From a virus (Duplodnaviria > Caudoviricetes): a DNA stretch of 64,000 nt. A program made the translations under genes and the position numbers. Shown here in pieces: positions 60,286 through 64,000 of the stretch (positions are counted from its first letter, which is position 1; each line of letters starts with the position of its first letter). The stretch lies in the IMG/VR virus record IMGVR_UViG_2603880214_000004, positions 1-64,000 of that record; one strand, written 5' to 3'. The notes beneath the pieces are model-generated. The model was not told the origin of the DNA. It ran no database searches and was given only the letters and a program-made list of their open reading frames with translations.

Positions 60286-61567
60286 GGGTACCGTCAGCAT
60301 TTTGGAAAAACCTCATGCTAAGCAAAAAATACAATAAGCTGTCCATATGGACAGCTTATTTACATAATGATCGATATCGGAAGTTACAGTTATTAATTAT
60401 TTATGAAATCTTTTCTTTTGTGCGAGTAATGTTTCTTCTCTGTAAAGTGAATAGAATCAATTCCTATGCATGGACTGAGATCCCCATCCAAAATATTGGT
60501 ACCACCAAAAGCAAAATGCTTTAATTGGTGCAATTCCTTAATAAAACCAATGGAAGGTATATCAGCACAATTCCAAAGAATAAAAAACTCTAGTGCCTTT
60601 AAATCCTCAATTCTATATAAGTTTTCAATATTTTTACACGCTTCAATTTCTAATCTTTGTAAAGAATGATTTAAGCCTTCTAAATTCCCTAAATCATTTA
60701 ATGTTCGTAAATAATTCAATTCTAATTTCTTTAATTTTTTTAACTTTCCTATACCTGCGAGAGAACTTATTCTACATTGGGTAAGAACTAATTCTTCGAG
60801 CTGTTTTAAGTTACTCAACTCTTGTAGATTTCTTTCCTTTGGGGCATATTTCCACATCCATAATAATTTTAGATTTTTGAGATGACCAAGTCCTTTTATC
60901 CTCTTGCTCCAATTTAGAAACAGCCGTTCTAAATTAGAAAATGCTCTTAGATCAATTTCATTTTTTCCATCTATAACAGTTGAATCAGTTAAACTAAGGG
61001 CTTTTAAATTTTTTATATGATATAAACCCGATATATCTTTTAAATAAGTGCTATCTAAGGATATTTCTTCAACGGTAGGACATTCACTTAAAAAATTCAC
61101 GTCTTCACTTTTATAATACCAGTCTATTATAGCTATCTGAGTAATCCGATGTTGGTTTATATACTCAATACATTCACTCAAATATTTATGTGATACTAAA
61201 ACCTCTATCCCTTCTGAGTCTTCTCTTATTCTGACATTACCGATCATTTTTTCCATATGTACCCCCAAGATATATTGCTCTATTTATTAATATAACTTAT
61301 TTGTAAAGAAGAAACACAATTCAACTTATGTATGCTCCATTCACATCAAGTTAACATAACGTCCTATTATCGGTAGCAAGAAAAAAGGAGGAACCCTAAT
61401 CTCACAAGGGAACCTCCTTTTTCTGTTCTATGAACCTATACATTTTTTTATACATTCCTATCCTGACGCGGTTTTAGGGTTCTTGTTTATTACTGGATTA
61501 GCCGAAAAACTGTATGAAATCTTGCATGCTCGTAGCGTGGTTTTTTCCAAAATGTTGGTGGTACCCC
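60285..61567. mobile_element. Non-autonomous Tn4430-like IR-bounded cassette
   Basis: IRs 60285-60322 and 61530-61567 (GGGGTACC..CATTTTGGAAAAA..); each abuts an IS231 IR (second at 61567-61586). Confidence 0.8.
60393..61256 (-). CDS. Leucine-rich repeat protein (possible toxin immunity)
   Basis: Repeated LxxLxxLxxLxL. Confidence 0.85.
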   Translation of the reverse strand: MEKMIGNVRIREDSEGIEVLVSHKYLSECIEYINQHRITQIAIIDWYYKSEDVNFLSECPTVEEISLDSTYLKDISGLYHIKNLKALSLTDSTVIDGKNEIDLRAFSNLERLFLNWSKRIKGLGHLKNLKLLWMWKYAPKERNLQELSNLKQLEELVLTQCRISSLAGIGKLKKLKKLELNYLRTLNDLGNLEGLNHSLQRLEIEACKNIENLYRIEDLKALEFFILWNCADIPSIGFIKELHQLKHFAFGGTNILDGDLSPCIGIDSIHFTEKKHYSHKRKDFINN

Positions 61568-61638
61568 ATGCCCATCAACTTAAGAATTTTATAGCGTCCT
61601 CAAAACGCAAAAACGGGAAGACCTACAAAAAGTAGAGC

Positions 61639-61905
61639 TTACTTTTTGTCGGAAATTATGTCATTTAGGATGTTCTGCTCATGTTCATTCAATTTACTAG
61701 CAATGTAGTAATCTAATATTTCATCAATAAGCTCATAATTTTTCATATCTTTCATTGTGCAAATGGTTTTTATTTTATTGAGTGTTTCAGGCGATACTTT
61801 TATATTTTTCCTGTCTGCTGCTGACAATGAATTCTTTTTCTTTGTCGCAGGATTATCTTGAACAGGTGTCACAGTCACTAAGTATTTTTTATCCAAATTG
61901 ACCAC
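61639..61905 (-). CDS. Small ribbon-helix-helix-like protein
   Basis: NIKVSPETLNKIK..YELIDEILD; resembles the upstream adaptor. Confidence 0.6.
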   Translation of the reverse strand: MVNLDKKYLVTVTPVQDNPATKKKNSLSAADRKNIKVSPETLNKIKTICTMKDMKNYELIDEILDYYIASKLNEHEQNILNDIISDKK

Positions 61906-62020
61906 TCCTATTTAGTATATATTATCCCAAACTATTAAAACTAATTTGCGTATCTTGTGTAGAGAGAAAAGTGGAAATATAGAAATATCCCTATTTCCAA
62001 ATAGGGATATTTCTATATTT

Positions 62021-62395
62021 TTAAATCTCTGTTAACAGCTTGAATTTCCTTTTCTGTTCAGGCGTTAGCTCATTTTCTACATAACGATCTATAAGTAAAT
62101 CGATGATCTCATACGTGAATTTTGTGTTTGTAAGTTTCATTAATACTTCAAGTTCTTCTTTTGATTGATTAGAAATTTTAATGCTGCCTTGCTGATTTTT
62201 AAATTTCTTTTTTGATTCAGTTTTTTCGTTTCTTTTTTCTTTTTGAGCTACTTGCTTTTCTTCTGTCTTAGGTTGAGAAGGAGCAGATGGAACTTCATTA
62301 TTTTCCACTACAGCTTGTCCTTGCTCTGGTACATAAGGTTCAGTAGGTTCAAAGTTACTTTTCTTTCTACCTAACAAACCAGGAGTTCTTGCCAT
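62021..62395 (-). CDS. Partition adaptor (RHH-like centromere-binding protein)
   Basis: Downstream of parA; disordered N-terminus; SIKISNQSKEEL..YEIIDLL. Confidence 0.7.
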   Translation of the reverse strand: MARTPGLLGRKKSNFEPTEPYVPEQGQAVVENNEVPSAPSQPKTEEKQVAQKEKRNEKTESKKKFKNQQGSIKISNQSKEELEVLMKLTNTKFTYEIIDLLIDRYVENELTPEQKRKFKLLTEI

Positions 62396-62396
62396 T

Positions 62397-63218
62397 TTAC
62401 ACACCAACCTTCATTTTTTCGAACATATCAATACGAGATAATAATTCATCACTAATCGTTTCGTATAGTTCAATTACATTCATATCATGTCTATCTTTTT
62501 CAGTAATACCATTCACATCAAATCGTTTAATACGTTCCATTTGAGGGACGATGTTTTTGAATAGGTTTTCTTCACCGAAAATTTCACGAGCGTTTTCCAT
62601 GATATACTCGTCAACCTTACCGTTGTTTTTTAATAGGACAGGAAGAACGCCAACTACTTCAATATCAAGATCATATTGTTCCTTTAACTTGATAAGCTCA
62701 TTAATATAGTTCTCAGCGCCAGTAAGAGAACGTTCTTGTGTTTGTAGTGCAATTAGAACATAATCCGAAGCTACAACTGCATTTTTTGTAACTTCTAGTG
62801 ACATAGGAGGAACGTCAATAAATATGTAGTCGTATTTATGCTTTATCTTTTCAAGTAATCCTTTAAAGTAATGATCTTCTTCAGCTTCTGAAGAACAATT
62901 TTTATAAAGGAATTTTGCGAAGTCCTGAAAATCAACATAAGAAGGAAGTAAATGTAAGTTCTCCATAATTTCCACTTCTAAGCCGTCTAGGTTTCCCTCT
63001 TGTATACCTTTCATTAATGTTTTTTCAACAGTAACGATTTCATCAGGGTTAAGGATTGATTTTGTTAACATTAAAGACTTTGTTGCGTTACTTTGTGGGT
63101 CAAGATCAACAAGTAATGTACGCTTGCCCTTTTTAGCAAATTCATAAGAGTTCAATACAGCATTTGTGGTTTTACCGACTCCACCTTTGTAATTACCTAC
63201 CGTAATTGTAATAGCCAT
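62397..63218 (-). CDS. parA: ParA/Soj ATPase (type Ib partition)
   Basis: KGGVGKTT, DLDPQSN, IDVPP. Confidence 0.95.
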   Translation of the reverse strand: MAITITVGNYKGGVGKTTNAVLNSYEFAKKGKRTLLVDLDPQSNATKSLMLTKSILNPDEIVTVEKTLMKGIQEGNLDGLEVEIMENLHLLPSYVDFQDFAKFLYKNCSSEAEEDHYFKGLLEKIKHKYDYIFIDVPPMSLEVTKNAVVASDYVLIALQTQERSLTGAENYINELIKLKEQYDLDIEVVGVLPVLLKNNGKVDEYIMENAREIFGEENLFKNIVPQMERIKRFDVNGITEKDRHDMNVIELYETISDELLSRIDMFEKMKVGV

Positions 63219-63245
63219 TTTTAACACTCCAGTTATAGTTTTTGA

Positions 63246-63590
63246 AATTTCCCTATATCCCTTTATAGAAATAGGGAAAAATAGAAATAGGGAAATAGGG
63301 ATATTTCTAACTATAGAAATAGGGATATTTCTATATCTTTAAAGAAATTATAACAATGATATTTAGGTTATGCAATAGAATCATAGAGTTAGTAATTAAT
63401 AACAAAAACGTTGGTATCAAAAGATTCTTTTGATGTACGAAGTAGAGAGAGTTAAGAAATGAATATGAAATTTCGTAGAGGAGATAGTAGAAGCAAAAAT
63501 AATAAAAATAGGGAAATATAGATATAGGGAAAAGGGGAAATATCCCTATATCTATAAGTGGAAATAGGGAAATAGGGAAATAGGGATATT
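63246..63590. repeat. Centromere-like ATAGGGAAAT/ATAGAAAT repeats (also 61974-62018)
   Basis: Direct and inverted clusters on both sides of the par operon. Confidence 0.8.
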
Positions 63591-63759
63591 ATTCGGAAAG
63601 TGCGCAAATTCGCTGTTTACAAAGGTTAATGCTTGTTGTAACGTAGTACACAACAAGCAACATTCTACAAAACAAAACATAATTTGATATTTTACATAAA
63701 TGAAGAGCAAGAAGATCGATAGAACAAACTTAAAAACAATTGAATATGAACACAAAACA

Positions 63760-63930
63760 AAAAGCCACTCCCATATGCTAACGGCTACCAACCGTTGTGG
63801 GAATGACTCAGCTCTAGTAATTGCTACCAACACTTACTAGACATAACCTGTAACCATGCAGGAATTTGGTTTAAGTAGTGTACCACCACTATCCTTAAAC
63901 AATTATGCCTTTCGACTAGGCTTATTTGAT
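63760..63930 (-). ncRNA. Putative counter-transcript/attenuator leader (gene beyond the window, possibly rep)
   Basis: Minus promoter TTGAAT-N17-TAAAAT (63965-63937); two hairpins with CTACCAAC loops. Confidence 0.4.
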
Positions 63931-64000
63931 ATACCCATTTTATCTATGATTCGGCTAAAATTCAACTAGTAAATGCTAGAATTGTATTTTTTGCAGTCAA

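Larger units (their letters stand above)
1..64000. mobile_element. Temperate siphophage, probably a circular phage-plasmid of the Bacillus cereus group
   Basis: Complete lysogeny, replication, packaging, head, tail and lysis modules; ParA plus repeats and a serine resolvase; no integrase or host housekeeping genes in the window. Confidence 0.85.

Overview
AT-rich Bacillus cereus-group DNA holding an essentially complete temperate siphophage. It has no integrase but does carry ParA, an adaptor, centromere-like repeats and a resolvase, so it is most likely a circular phage-plasmid. Layout: 1-13.7 kb is an accessory/defence island (Excalibur surface proteins, ExsD, YjcZ, a glycine-zipper peptide plus metacaspase, a HEPN protein, a type I TA candidate, a type II R-M system, a 58-bp perfect palindrome, and a DAC-fold two-gene operon). 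14.3-16.7 kb is arbitrium (AimR/AimP/AimX) plus the cI/cro switch. 17-25 kb is recombination/replication, including a split overlapping C5 methyltransferase and an array of tiny sRNA-like cassettes. 25.8-26.6 kb is an ORF-free, highly structured ~800-nt RNA candidate. 30.5-50.8 kb is packaging, head, tail and lysis, with a group I intron in the tape-measure gene. 51-61.6 kb holds FtsK/relaxase-like, WXG100 toxin, RacA-like, ThiF-RiPP and Tn4430/IS231 scar modules. 61.6-64 kb is partitioning. All calls come from motif and sequence reading only; no database searches were run.
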